The position numbers and the translations under genes are program-made. A DNA stretch of 63,385 bases, counting the filler, from Octopus bimaculoides (taxonomy: Eukaryota), in NCBI RefSeq assembly GCF_001194135.2. It is 6 parts of 6 records of this genome, joined end to end, with 100 filler letters (N's around TTAATTAATTAA, not from the genome) between each part and the next. Parts side by side here need not be neighbours in the genome. Positions count along the whole stretch, not along the records: positions 1 to 8,915 come from NC_068982.1; positions 9,016 to 34,496 come from NC_068988.1; 4 more parts are not named here. One strand, given 5' to 3'. The notes under the pieces were generated by a model. It was not told the origin of the DNA and ran no database searches. It saw only the letters and a list, made by a program, of their open reading frames with translations. This document shows positions 1 to 12,032 of this stretch, piece by piece (position 1 is the first letter of the stretch; the number at the start of each line of letters is the position of its first letter).

Positions 1-252
1 TATTTGGGCTGAAGATTGGAATAGTGAAATTTTCATTCACTTAACCATGAAACGATTCGTACCCAATTAACTAAAGGCTTGTTTTGTTTACGCTTTTCCC
101 TCCAGTTTTTTGTTCTATGTGTGCCATAAATATCGCCATCCGCTTTAGAGAAAAACTCGTAGTTTAGAATCAATAGTTCTTTGACTGCTATTTCTGAATT
201 TTCAGTATGTTGGAGAAGCAACTCAATTGCTAATCCCTTATATTTATGATGA

Positions 253-253
<1 letters not shown>

Positions 254-345
<92 letters not shown>

Positions 346-350
346 GTCTG

Positions 351-383
<33 letters not shown>

Positions 384-395
384 TTATATATCTAT
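254..395. repeat. (TATC)n/(TGTC)n tetranucleotide microsatellite
   Basis: Directly visible tandem array; explains the YLSI-repeat ORFs at 227-481. Confidence 0.95.
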
Positions 396-549
396 CTATT
401 TATCTGTGTGTCTGCATGTCTGTTTGTCTAGCCAGTCAATTTCCTATTTATATATATGCGTGTATATGTAAGTATGCATGAATCTAGATCTGTGTTTATA
501 TATTGGATATAGCAAAGTAAAGAGTAAAACCCCCTTCCGTCATAAATTA

Positions 550-775
550 CCACGCGGTTGTACCTAGAAAGTTACCCTCCAAGGTACATGTCCGAGCAAG
601 TTTGCCTGTGGCCCAGGCATACTGGAACCCCCTCTCCAACACACCGATGTTTTCTAAGGGAAAGTGCAAGACGGATACAGCTTGGAAAGTGACGTAGCAA
701 CTCATTTCTATAGCTGAGTGAACCGTACTGGAGCAACGCGAAATAAAGTGTGTTGTGTTCTTGAGCAAAACAGAG
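550..775 (-). mobile_element. SINE family C fragment (middle domain plus its own 3' region)
   Basis: Reverse complement contains CACTTTATTTCGCGTTGCTCCAG...CACTCAGCTATAGAAATGAGT, matching the middle of the family C copy at 47810-48058. Confidence 0.65.
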
Positions 776-789
776 GATTTTAATGTTTG

Positions 790-898
790 CCTTTCCGCCA
801 ACCAGGTCCACTCCGAAGGATTTGTTCGGCCCGAAGTGGAATTGAATCCAGAGCCATGTGGTTCGGAGGCAAGCTTCCTACCATACAGTCACGCCTGG
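790..898 (-). mobile_element. SINE family B head, internally deleted
   Basis: Reverse complement CAGGCGTGACTGTATGGTAGGAAGCTTGCCTCCGAACCACATGG matches the B heads at 36433 and 48749. Confidence 0.7.
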
Positions 899-1462
899 AA
901 GTGTGGAGCGTGGTGAAACGAGAAACTAACAAATCCAGCTGCAACACAAAGGACAAGCTGACGGACAGGATTTTCAGGGCCTTCAGGGGCCTAAAACTAT
1001 AGATAATGATGCTGGCCTGTGCTTTCTTTTTAGGTCACTTGGCATTATGTTGCAAAACAATTATTTTGATAATGGATTTAGAGATATTCTATTAATCATA
1101 TATACTCATATATTTTAAAGCTAATCTACGTCATTTACAACTACACTTCAGCGATTTAGAGAATCAGAGAAAAAATAGTAATTGAATAAACTGTAACTAT
1201 GAATTTTGATACGTATTATTACAATTCCTTTAATCTCTCATCTTCACAGAAAGAAATTAATTAGATTTACTCCCTTTATCTCAGATATTGATCAGTATGA
1301 TTATACTTCGACTGTCTATTTCACTCTCACACTTCCAGTTCAAATTCTCATTCTAGAAATATTTTCCATTCCTTCTGGCCGCATTCCATCAACCACCCTT
1401 TGCCTTGCAAATATACAAAATTCCGAAGAATGCAGGCATATATATCAACATTGTGGACTCAC

Positions 1463-1501
<39 letters not shown>

Positions 1502-2719
1502 CACACACAAACAAACACAGATGAACCTACCTCGCGAAAGGAGGTGCGAATGAGGGAAGCAACATCAAACTCCCTTATTCACCAAATGCCATATATCGGA
1601 GAAGAGTCTCAATAATAACAGTGTAGCAAAACGGTGGTGCCCCAGTATGGCCACAGCTTTGAGTTGAATCTAATAAAACAAAACATAAAAAAACGAATAT
1701 GAACATACAGATATTCATATCACCTAAAAATGTATGTAAATANNNNNNNNNNNNNNNNNNNNNNNNNNNNNNNNNNNNNNNNNNNNNNNNNNNNNNNNNN
1801 NNNNNNNNNNNNNNNNNNNNNNNNNNNNNNNNNNNNNNNNNNNNNNNNNNNNNNNNNNNNNNNNNNNNNNNNNNNNNNNNNNNNNNNNNNNNNNNNNNNN
1901 NNNNNNNNNNNNNNNNNNNNNNNNNNNNNNNNNNNNNNNNNNNNNNNNNNNNNNNNNNNNNNNNNNNNNNNNNNNNNNNNNNNNNNNNNNNNNNNNNNNN
2001 NNNNNNNNNNNNNNNNNNNNNNNNNNNNNNNNNNNNNNNNNNNNNNNNNNNNNNNNNNNNNNNNNNNNNNNNNNNNNNNNNNNNNNNNNNNNNNNNNNNN
2101 NNNNNNNNNNNNNNNNNNNNNNNNNNNNNNNNNNNNNNNNNNNNNNNNNNNNNNNNNNNNNNNNNNNNNNNNNNNNNNNNNNNNNNNNNNNNNNNNNNNN
2201 NNNNNNNNNNNNNNNNNNNNNNNNNNNNNNNNNNNNNNNNNNNNNNNNNNNNNNNNNNNNNNNNNNNNNNNNNNNNNNNNNNNNNNNNNNNNNNNNNNNN
2301 NNNNNNNNNNNNNNNNNNNNNNNNNNNNNNNNNNNNNNNNNNNNNNNNNNNNNNNNNNNNNNNNNNNNNNNNNNNNNNNNNNNNNNNNNNNNNNNNNNNN
2401 NNNNNNNNNNNNNNNNNNNNNNNNNNNNNNNNNNNNNNNNNNNNNNNNNNNNNNNNNNNNNNNNNNNNNNNNNNNNNNNNNNNNNNNNNNNNNNNNNNNN
2501 NNNNNNNNNNNNNNNNNNNNNNNNNNNNNNNNNNNNNNNNNNNNNNNNNNNNNNNNNNNNNNNNNNNNNNNNNNNNNNNNNNNNNNNNNNNNNNNNNNNN
2601 NNNNNNNNNNNNNNNNNNNNNNNNNNNNNNNNNNNNNNNNNNNNNNNNNNNNNNNNNNNNNNNNNNNNNNNNNNNNNNNNNNNNNNNNNNNNNNNNNNNN
2701 NNNNNNNNNNNNNNNNNNN

Positions 2720-2848
2720 GCTTTTCATCCTTTCGGGGTCGATTAAATAAGTACCAGTTACGCACTGGGGTCGATATAATCGACTTAATCCGTGTTTGTC
2801 TGTCCTTGTTTGTCCCCTCTGTGTGTAGCCCCTTGTGGGTAGTAAAGA
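2720..2848 (+). mobile_element. SINE family A 3' half with alternative tail (A2)
   Basis: Body CTTTTCATCCTTTCGGGGTCGATTAAATAAGTACCAG shared with the 42464-42906 copies; tail GTCCCCTCTGTGTGTAGCCCCTTGTGGG shared with 38722-38790. Confidence 0.85.
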
Positions 2849-2874
2849 CATAACACATATGTATATATATCAGT

Positions 2875-3057
2875 ATGATAGATCGCTGACCACTACATTT
2901 ATATTTTTTTCTCCTTATTTCTTTCTGTGTTCCTTTCAGTTGAAGAGCGTAGCTCGAAACGTCAAAGACTTTCTCTATTCCCGAGCGTTAAACTAATACA
3001 TCCTTTTGTTGTTTACACCACCTGTCTTCGTCTGTTGTTTTCTTCGTAAATTCTCCC
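2875..3057 (+). mobile_element. ~190-bp Penelope-like non-autonomous element (family F) with hammerhead-like motif
   Basis: Starts ATGATAGATC, ends ATTCTCCC, same as 13672-13871; contains cttt-CAGTTGA-A-GAGC-gta-GCTC-GAAA-CGTC-aaag at 2933-2967; TA-rich flanks. Confidence 0.65.
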
Positions 3058-3446
3058 ATATATATATATATATATANNNNNNNNNNNNNNNNNNNNNNNN
3101 NNNNNNNNNNNNNNNNNNNNNNNNNNNNNNNNNNNNNNNNNNNNNNNNNNNNNNNNNNNNNNNNNNNNNNNNNNNNNNNNNNNNNNNNNNNNNNNNNNNN
3201 NNNNNNNNNNNNNNNNNNNNNNNNNNNNNNNNNNNNNNNNNNNNNNNNNNNNNNNNNNNNNNNNNNNNNNNNNNNNNNNNNNNNNNNNNNNNNNNNNNNN
3301 NNNNNNNNNNNNNNNNNNNNNNNNNNNNNNNNNNNNNNNNNNNNNNNNNNNNNNNNNNNNNNNNNNNNNNNNNNNNNNNNNNNNNNNNNNNNNNNNNNNN
3401 NNNNNNNNNNNNNNNNNNNNNNNNNNNNNNNNNNNNNNNNNNNNNN

Positions 3447-3510
<64 letters not shown>

Positions 3511-3516
3511 AGTTTG

Positions 3517-3730
3517 GGTTTGTTCTCTCGCTATCTTTTGACAACCGAGTCTGGTATGTTTATGTCCCCGGAACCTAGCAGTTCGGTATCAGAAACCGAT
3601 AGAATATGTGCTAAGCTTACAAAGAATAACTCCTGGGGTCGAATTCTTCGACTATAAACCTTGTAGGCTGTGCTCCAGCATGGCAGCAGTCAAATGACTG
3701 AAACAAGTACGAGAATAAAAGTATAAAAGA
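3517..3730 (+). mobile_element. SINE family B 3' half
   Basis: GACAACCGAG...GGGGTCGAATTCTTCGACT...GCTCCAGCATGGCAGCAGTCAAATGACTGAAACAAGT matches 36640-36824. Confidence 0.85.
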
Positions 3731-6700
3731 ATATGTATGTGTGTGGGTGTGTGTGTGTGTGCATTTGTGTGCGTGCGTGCATATGTGTGTGTATGTAGGT
3801 ATATTTATATATAGGTACGCATGCAAACACTTATTTGTATATATGGAATGGTTTGTAGAAGACATTCCATATATATGTAGTTTAACGTGTCGAATACATG
3901 AATGGAAAGGTACTTAACTGTTATGTCTCAAGCTACTGCTATCTAACACCTTCGGATGATCTCTACTCAACCACTACAAGACGGCTACTCAACCCTACTA
4001 CGGCCAGACTACCTTTCTTTATATCTCTTGGGCGATCCTACTTCTCCGCTTGGGGGCGTCGACACAACATTAACTACACAAAGAATATTTTCAAAGTGCG
4101 AAACATTTTCGCCCAAATTACTGTGAAAACATCCCAATTTCAACGGCAAAAATAAAACTTTAGTAAAGTATTGAAAACATTGCTCACAAATGCGTCGATC
4201 GTTCATGAAACAATTCACGCCTTGAATTGCTTCATACTCTTTTTATTTATTACTATAGATAATTAATACGATTTTCACAAGACACAACTAATTAATTTGT
4301 ATTTCCATTATAATGAATTTGCCTGACGTAGCATGAATAATTGATTACATATTCCAAATGACCCGCTTTCGTTTTTAAATTCAGGTGAGACAAGAAAAAA
4401 TTGACGTAGCCGTATGACTACTATACTGGACGCTTTGGAGGTGAAACATGAATTCTCTGCTTAGTAGGCGTATTTTTTGATTAGTTGAATAATGAAGTTA
4501 TATGTAACCCTCTCAGAGTCCACTTGACTATGCATTAAAAGATAGCATGTGGAAGATACTATAGAACGTATTGAAAAGCAGACCAGTGAATTTTGTATTA
4601 TAGTTTTGCTTGTTCTCCTTTTGCGGTTATTGCTGATCTTGTTGTTGGACCCCATTTTTATTGGATGCTATCTTTCATCTTGCAGACACATGACATACAG
4701 CATTCCAGTGTGAGTATATGATTTGGACATAGCGTGTCTTATGATATGTCTTTCTATTTCTAGATGCGTGTGGCCTTATTAAATGTAGATTTCGCTGGTT
4801 ACGGGATGTAATCAATTGCTGGTGTTTCATTTTGAAACCACAACGTACTAAGAATTATATTAACGTTTTACAAGTCAATATTGTATCCTCCTATTTCTGT
4901 TGGCAGTGCAAAAGAATCAGATTTTCGATATATTTTCCTATAAAACGTACCAGTTGCCGGGAATAAGTTTAATATATAAACTGATCTCTCCAATAATGAT
5001 CCACCGCTAAACTTGGTGGCTACTTAAGTAACGTGTGCTAGGATAAATAATGAGTTATATGTGGTGATGAAAAAGGGGTATATCTTTTGAAATATGCATA
5101 TATACCCACTACCTATTTTTGTATCTTTGATCACTGTTTGCGAGACACATTCGTATACGAAACGTCGTAACTGTCAGTGTTGTCTCTAAATTATATTAAG
5201 AGATATGTTGCAATAACTTTAAAATGACTGAATATAATACACTGTGCCTACACACTTGCTTCCTCATTCTCTCGATAGTTCCCTGATTATATTATCAAGT
5301 GGCACTAGATTTCTCCATAGGCCGACTCTTAAATACATCCATCGCAATCTTGCTATTAGGTTTAAGTAAGTAAGTTAGTCATTCTTTTACTTTCTTGAAT
5401 GTTAAAAAGGAATTTAATTGGTTTGCCATTAGTATTGATATTGCCATTACAGATATCCTTACGATGCCTTCTTGCTATTATAACTTTCTACTCGATCTTA
5501 ATGTTCTGGATCGTTTACTCGGCAGAAATCCATAGCATTAAAAGTACATTATTCCTGAAGAGCGATGAAGCTCTCCGGATTTGAGGAGGTGAAAACTAGA
5601 TTATATTATCTTCATTACATGACGATTTTACATTATTTTAATCAACCTGGAAGGATAAAACCTCAGTTGACTCTGTGAGATCTGAACACGGAATGCATAA
5701 ATCCATATCTAAATACGGCAATGCATTTTGATTAATTTTCAAGAAAATTTACATTTATAAGATTTTCTATTATGTAAAGTACGTCTCTATGCATAATTAT
5801 AATTAAAGTCCTAACAAGAATCGAATTTTTTAAAACACAATTCGATTGTTCTACGAATAATTGATAAAATTTAATTTAGACTTCCAAATTTCTAGAAGTA
5901 CTTTTTTTTTTAATACTACAACAAATATAAACTCACATAATAACTCTACCTAAGCGTCTGAAAGAGGAGAGATGACAATCAATGTAAGGTCTTCTTAATG
6001 CGTGTGTGTATGTGTGCATGTGTGTGTGCGCATGTGTGCATGTGTTTGTTTGTGTGTGTGGTGTGACTATCTTGATTGACCATCTTCAAGCGTATTTCGA
6101 GCGTAAAACCATGTATATTCTAGTGGACTTTTGGATAATGTCATTATTATCATTAGTCTGATAAAACTAGAAGGGCTTTAAAACAATTTTAAAGCGCTTC
6201 CTCCTACTGGGAGTTCTATCGATTTGTTTTTGTCTGTTACTTTATGTACACGTTTTAAAACCCTTTGTATCGTCCTATTCTGTCATCTAATGTTATTTTA
6301 TGTAAGCACTTGTGGCCAATACAAGAATGAATTATCATCATTAGTCTGAAAATAATAGCTGCTTATATTTTGTCATGGTGTTTACGAAGAGCTATACTTC
6401 TAGATAAAACGTAGCTTTGACAATCATAGATCAAACTGTTCCACGCGTACGCATCTATAAATATTGCAAATATAAAGTCAAAAATTCAGTTCACTCTTTC
6501 AGGCATATAAATCTTAAAGCAACACATTCAAGGTTTTATTCTTTTATAAGCGGCAGAAAATCGATTATACCCATGGTGAGACATTTTCTCCCAGCGTATA
6601 CTTAATATCTTTGAACCTAAAACTACACAAAGGTAACACAATTTTAACGACTTCGAAAAGAAGAAAGAAGATAACTGGGCGTGATTTTCATTGAACTCAC

Positions 6701-7972
6701 TGTTGAAAGACTCTTAAACAAAATTTATTTGCCGCCCCTCTGCTTCTTTAATTTAGAAATTTCATTTTTTATTTTCATACCGAAATTTTAAAAAGACAGA
6801 CGTAAAAATTCGTGAATATGTCTGCAAAGAAGTACGGTCAATAACATAAATTCTAAATTGTTTTATGACTATACGTACTTTAACAGAACACTGAATATGA
6901 GACGTTATGATATTCCGATATTTGTCCCTCAACAAAATAATGGGAAATTCAATTGTCCTCATCAAAAATGTTTTAACGTTCTTGACACGTAATCTGAATC
7001 CGCCGTCTGTCATGTTTCCAATATCATTCCTTCTTTTGTAATGAGATTTGATTAGTAATCATTCTACCATATTAACACTATCATATGCAGTATTTATGAA
7101 ATGTACATAGATCAATTGATGCAACTGAAGAAACACATCCCTAATGATTTGTAAAGTGTTTCTTTCATTTCGTACAGTTTACCGTTTGGTTACTTATACT
7201 GTGCTATCAGCCGCTAAATGATATGTCCATTCTTACGGTAGAGGACACGTGAACATCTATAAATACGATGTTGTGTTTATCTACTTCCCATGTGCATTTA
7301 TTGTTTGCTTCACACATTAGTAAATATTTGCTCTGTAATTCTTTCTTTTATTGTTTCTTTTGTTTCTGACACTTTCGTACTTCGTAATACAACAAATAGC
7401 ATGACCTTATATCGTTACGATCTATTTCTTTATTTGAGTTTTATATCTTGATTGTTCTCTACTTTCGATTCTTAGATTGTTTATTAATTTTCAGTTAGCT
7501 GTTTACATATTGTGTTCCATGCATTATTTTCCTGTTAAACCTTCTGAACTCTCTCCCTCTCTCTCCCCTCTTCCCCTCTCTCTCTGTGAATGGACGGTAG
7601 AAAAAGCGGCTACAAGTTGGCTTTTTTATGTCGGGAAACATTTTATATGTGAAATAATTTTTGGTGAAAGAGATGTCTAAAACCATCTCCTTCAACCCCA
7701 GTAAATCTTGTAATAGAAAAATACTCCACTTCGAGTAAATTTCCAAAACTTTAAAAAACGTTCCTTCTAAACGAAAACGGCTAAGACAAATCATGAAGGC
7801 TACTTCCCCACCTCTACCAAAGTAAGACGCGAAAGAAGCTGAAACCAAAGTCGTTCCGCTTGAACGCACACAAGCTTTAGAAAATATGTACAAAGAAGCA
7901 AATATGTTTACTACTATAAACACTGCCTCCGCCACTGCTACCACCACTACCGCCATTAACACCAACACCAAA

Positions 7973-8815
7973 GGAGACTTGAAGATTTTGGCCACGGTTT
8001 TAGCCGAGAGGTTAGCGCTTGTCATCGAGAAACTGGTCGACAAGGCCCAACGTGCACCCTGCCGGGTAAGAGTATCCATGACAACCTCCATTTAATGCGC
8101 TACATCATAGACAGGGTAGTTAAGGAACCTGGTATGGGTGAGGCGCGCTAATCCATTTGGATCAATCAAAAGCTTTCGATAGGGTAGACCATCACTACTT
8201 GGAGGCTGTCCTTAGAGCGGCTGGTTTCGATCCCATCTTCCGCGGTTGGATCGCTGCCTTATGCAGCGGCATCCGCTCCGTAGTTCGCGTAAATGGTTAT
8301 GTGTCCAGACCATTTAACATCACGCGTTCGGTTCATCAAGGATGCCCCCTCTCGCCGCTTCTGTACGTATTGACTCTTCAACCACTACTGCGGAAGCTGG
8401 TGACGCTGAGGGGCATCCTGCGAGAGCTGGGATGCGGGAGGAGAGTGACTGCATACGTGGACAAAGTCACCATCATAGTGTCGAGCCACAGGCATATCGA
8501 CCTGGTCGACAAGACACTAAAAGATTACGAAGTGGTAACGGGAGCAACAGCGTCCAACGTCGTCCCCATCGTGGGAAGCTGGGCCAACGGACCGGTTAAA
8601 TTGCTCCAACCGGAGAAGAACTGGGGTGAGATAACGACTAGGGTGACCACTCTCACCCAGTAAACGGCCGAGAGGAAGCTTTCCCTAAAAAGGTGGAACG
8701 GAGGTCGCGAATGCGTACATCACATCCGTCATCCATTACCGTGTGACCGTCGTGACTTCTCCCGACACTGCCATCACCAAACTGAAACGCATACTCTTCT
8801 CTTCCGCTTTTTTGG
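7973..8815 (+). pseudogene. Decayed non-LTR retrotransposon reverse transcriptase, Tx1/L1-clade-like
   Basis: Across frameshifts reads DLKILATVLAERL...SIHDNLHLMRYII...LDQSKAFDRVDH...SVHQGCPLSPLLY...AYVDKV (mutated YADD)...ERKLSLK...AITKLKRILF; stop codon and deletions present. Confidence 0.9.
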
Positions 8816-8915
8816 GGAGGGGAAGTGTTTTTTGGAAGGAAGTGTTCTTTGGAAGGAAGTGTTTTTTGGAAGGAAGTGTTCTTTGGAAGGAAGTGTTTTT
8901 GGGAAGGAGTGTTTT
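8815..8915. repeat. 17-bp minisatellite GGAAGGAAGTGTT(C/T)TTT, about 6 units, runs into a gap
   Basis: Directly visible units with no spacers. Confidence 0.9.
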
Positions 8916-9015
8916 NNNNNNNNNNNNNNNNNNNNNNNNNNNNNNNNNNNNNNNNNNNNTTAATTAATTAANNNNNNNNNNNNNNNNNNNNNNNNNNNNN
9001 NNNNNNNNNNNNNNN
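8916..9015. other. Artificial 100-bp scaffold gap (44 N + TTAATTAATTAA + 44 N)
   Basis: Identical layout at five places; the 12-mer gives stops in all six frames. Confidence 0.9.
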
Positions 9016-9307
9016 ATAGAGATAACTCGAATGTGGAATCTAAAAACAGAAACAATTCCTATCATAGTAGGTGCCTTAGGTACAATAAAAAAATATTCAG
9101 ACAAATACATAACAAAAATACCAGGACTTACAAATATATATAACATACAGAAAATTGCACTACTGGGTACTGCACACATTCTACGCAAAACACTTTCAAT
9201 ACAGTAAACATAAGAGCACCACAGCAAACCATAGCACATACCCAAGGCGCACAGAGCTGCGCTCGGTAGTGAAGTGAAAGCACGTTATAAAAATAAAACT
9301 ACTGAAC
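9016..9307 (+). mobile_element. R4/Dong-type LINE 3' end (RLE C-terminus plus 3' UTR)
   Basis: Open frame IEITRMWNLKTETIPIIVGALGTIKKYSDKYITKIPGLTNIYNIQKIALLGTAHILRKTLSIQ* (stop 9205-9207), ending at (AAT)5; truncated by a gap. Confidence 0.85.
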
Positions 9308-9322
9308 AATAATAATAATAAT

Positions 9323-9410
9323 CCTTTCTACTATAGGCACAAGTTTTCACTGGTATTTCTTTTATCGATCTCGAAAGGATGAAAGGCAAAGTCGGCCTCG
9401 GCAGAATTTG
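9323..9410 (-). mobile_element. SINE family A, internally deleted
   Basis: CCTTTCTACTATAGGCACAAG tail plus GAAAGGATGAAAGGCAAAGTCGGCCTCGGCAGAATTTG body. Confidence 0.8.
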
Positions 9411-9420
9411 ATAATGATAA

Positions 9421-9446
9421 TTGTAGCAGTAGTGGTAGTAGTAGTG

Positions 9447-9492
<46 letters not shown>

Positions 9493-9494
9493 AC
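9421..9494. repeat. (GTA)n microsatellite
   Basis: Directly visible. Confidence 0.95.
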
Positions 9495-10128
9495 TACTAA
9501 GACCACGATCACCACCAGGTGGTGGTGTTAGTAGTCTACTATATCTACACTTTTCTTTTTAAGATTCAATTTGCCGGGTAAGTATTGCATCATTTCTTCT
9601 TTTACCTGAAAACGCCAGTTACTTTTTAAAGATTAATAAATAACATAGAGCAAAGTACCAGCAAATACATGTGCAAATGTAATTATATAACCTGGATAGA
9701 GACTCAGTAGGTTTTCAAGCAGTTTTCTGTTGCAGTTCTTTTCCTCACTGATTTTCAATGAAACATTCTCATCTAATACTAAAGCAAACTCTGCAACATT
9801 ATATAAGATTTTTTTTTCTTTTTTTTTGTCCCATATATTTATAATGGAAGTTGCCATGGAAGTATTGTACCAATATTACTTTTTACTTTTTTTCTATTTT
9901 ATCCTTTTTTTTTTTTCTTTTTCTGAATGTGTACAAGTATTCATCGTCAGAAATATTTTAAATGATTAGCGCAGAACAGTTTTTTTTCCTGTGGATGTCA
10001 TTGAATACTGTTCTGCAAACAAGATAATAACACGGCAAAGTTAAACATTTTATTGGAGCAAATGCTCAAAACAGCATGCCTTCCAGTGACATGGGACGCG
10101 TTCGACATTGTCGGCTGCATATATACAC

Positions 10129-10177
<49 letters not shown>

Positions 10178-10955
10178 NNNNNNNNNNNNNNNNNNNNNNN
10201 NNNNNNNNNNNNNNNNNNNNNNNNNNNNNNNNNNNNNNNNNNNNNNNNNNNNNNNNNNNNNNNNNNNNNNNNNNNNNNNNNNNNNNNNNNNNNNNNNNNN
10301 NNNNNNNNNNNNNNNNNNNNNNNNNNNNNNNNNNNNNNNNNNNNNNNNNNNNNNNNNNNNNNNNNNNNNNNNNNNNNNNNNNNNNNNNNNNNNNNNNNNN
10401 NNNNNNNNNNNNNNNNNNNNNNNNNNNNNNNNNNNNNNNNNNNNNNNNNNNNNNNNNNNNNNNNNNNNNNNNNNNNNNNNNNNNNNNNNNNNNNNNNNNN
10501 NNNNNNNNNNNNNNNNNNNNNNNNNNNNNNNNNNNNNNNNNNNNNNNNNNNNNNNNNNNNNNNNNNNNNNNNNNNNNNNNNNNNNNNNNNNNNNNNNNNN
10601 NNNNNNNNNNNNNNNNNNNNNNNNNNNNNNNNNNNNNNNNNNNNNNNNNNNNNNNNNNNNNNNNNNNNNNNNNNNNNNNNNNNNNNNNNNNNNNNNNNNN
10701 NNNNNNNNNNNNNNNNNNNNNNNNNNNNNNNNNNNNNNNNNNNNNNNNNNNNNNNNNNNNNNNNNNNNNNNNNNNNNNNNNNNNNNNNNNNNNNNNNNNN
10801 NNNNNNNNNNNNNNNNNNNNNNNNNNNNNNNNNNNNNNNNNNNNNNNNNNNNNNNNNNNNNNNNNNNNNNNNNNNNNNNNNNNNNNNNNNNNNNNNNNNN
10901 NNNNNNNNNNNNNNNNNNNNNNNNNNNNNNNNNNNNNNNNNTGTGTGTATTTATA

Positions 10956-10988
<33 letters not shown>

Positions 10989-11612
10989 ATCTAAGTATAT
11001 ATGTCTGTGTGTATCTTTGTGAGTGTGTGTATATGCGTGTTAGAGCATGTCTATACTTATAAGTATTGTACGACAGCGATGTAATCAATTTCATTCTTGC
11101 TAAACAATTTTAAGAGATTATAATAGATTACCGAAATAATCTGCTTATTTCAGCACATTTTTATCACTTAAATCTAATTTTTATATTTTTCCTGCTTTCA
11201 TTTATTACATCTAAATTAAAGGAACGATAAGAAAAGCAGCCAAAAGAAATTACCTCCTTTACTATATATTCGCCATTTTGTTTTTTAATTCCCATTTTAC
11301 ATGTTGTTTCTTCGTTACCATTTATTTACTTCAAAGGAATGTTTATAACCTCTTAAATTATCGATGTGTTTTTTATTGGTAACATTGTTCTACATGGTTT
11401 AATGCATTCATTGAGTGAAGAGGCGTTAGACCACGAAAGTCACACTATTGCAATAAGATGGCGGTGATAAAAATGGTGTCGGTGAATGTCAGTGATATAG
11501 CAAATGTATTGTCAGCTGCAATTTCATATAAAATTTATAAAAATACCATTGCCTTTGTTTTTACATAGGCCAAGGAAATACCAAAATAGAGCCAAATTAA
11601 TTTCTGTATATA

Positions 11613-11792
11613 ATACATATATATATTCATACATACATACATACATACATACATACATACATACATACATACATTCATACATACATACATACATACATAC
11701 ATATGTATGTATGTATATATATAGGTATTTATGTATATATATACATGTGCATGTGTGTGTATATATGTCTATATATACACACTCATGCATAC

Positions 11793-11840
<48 letters not shown>

Positions 11841-11883
11841 GTATGCATGAGAGAGAGACAGAGAGAGACAGAGAGAGACAGAG

Positions 11884-11942
<59 letters not shown>

Positions 11943-11985
11943 CAGATAGATAGATAGATAGATAGATAGTTAGATAGATAGATGA

Positions 11986-12032
<47 letters not shown>
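11613..12032. repeat. Compound microsatellite (CATA)n-(TA)n-(GA)n-(GATA)n
   Basis: Directly visible; explains the ORFs at 11504-12144. Confidence 0.95.

Noticed and set aside
1575-2858. Long ORFs spanning N-runs (also at 10 kb, 15 kb, 18 kb, 24 kb, 37 kb, 44-46 kb)
   Set aside because: Open only because N codons are not stops; the rest is microsatellite translation.
4461-5100. Possible LINE relic on the minus strand
   Set aside because: Only a vague resemblance; no diagnostic motif could be read.
7495-8091. 198-aa minus-strand ORF
   Set aside because: Partly antisense to the RT relic and a GGT-like repeat; no recognisable domain.
8815-8915. CRISPR-like array
   Set aside because: Contiguous tandem units without spacers, eukaryotic context, no cas genes.
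8960-8971. TTAATTAATTAA islands inside N-runs (also 34541, 48139, 53231, 56993)
   Set aside because: Identical 44+12+44 layout and six-frame stops indicate an assembly spacer, not biological sequence.
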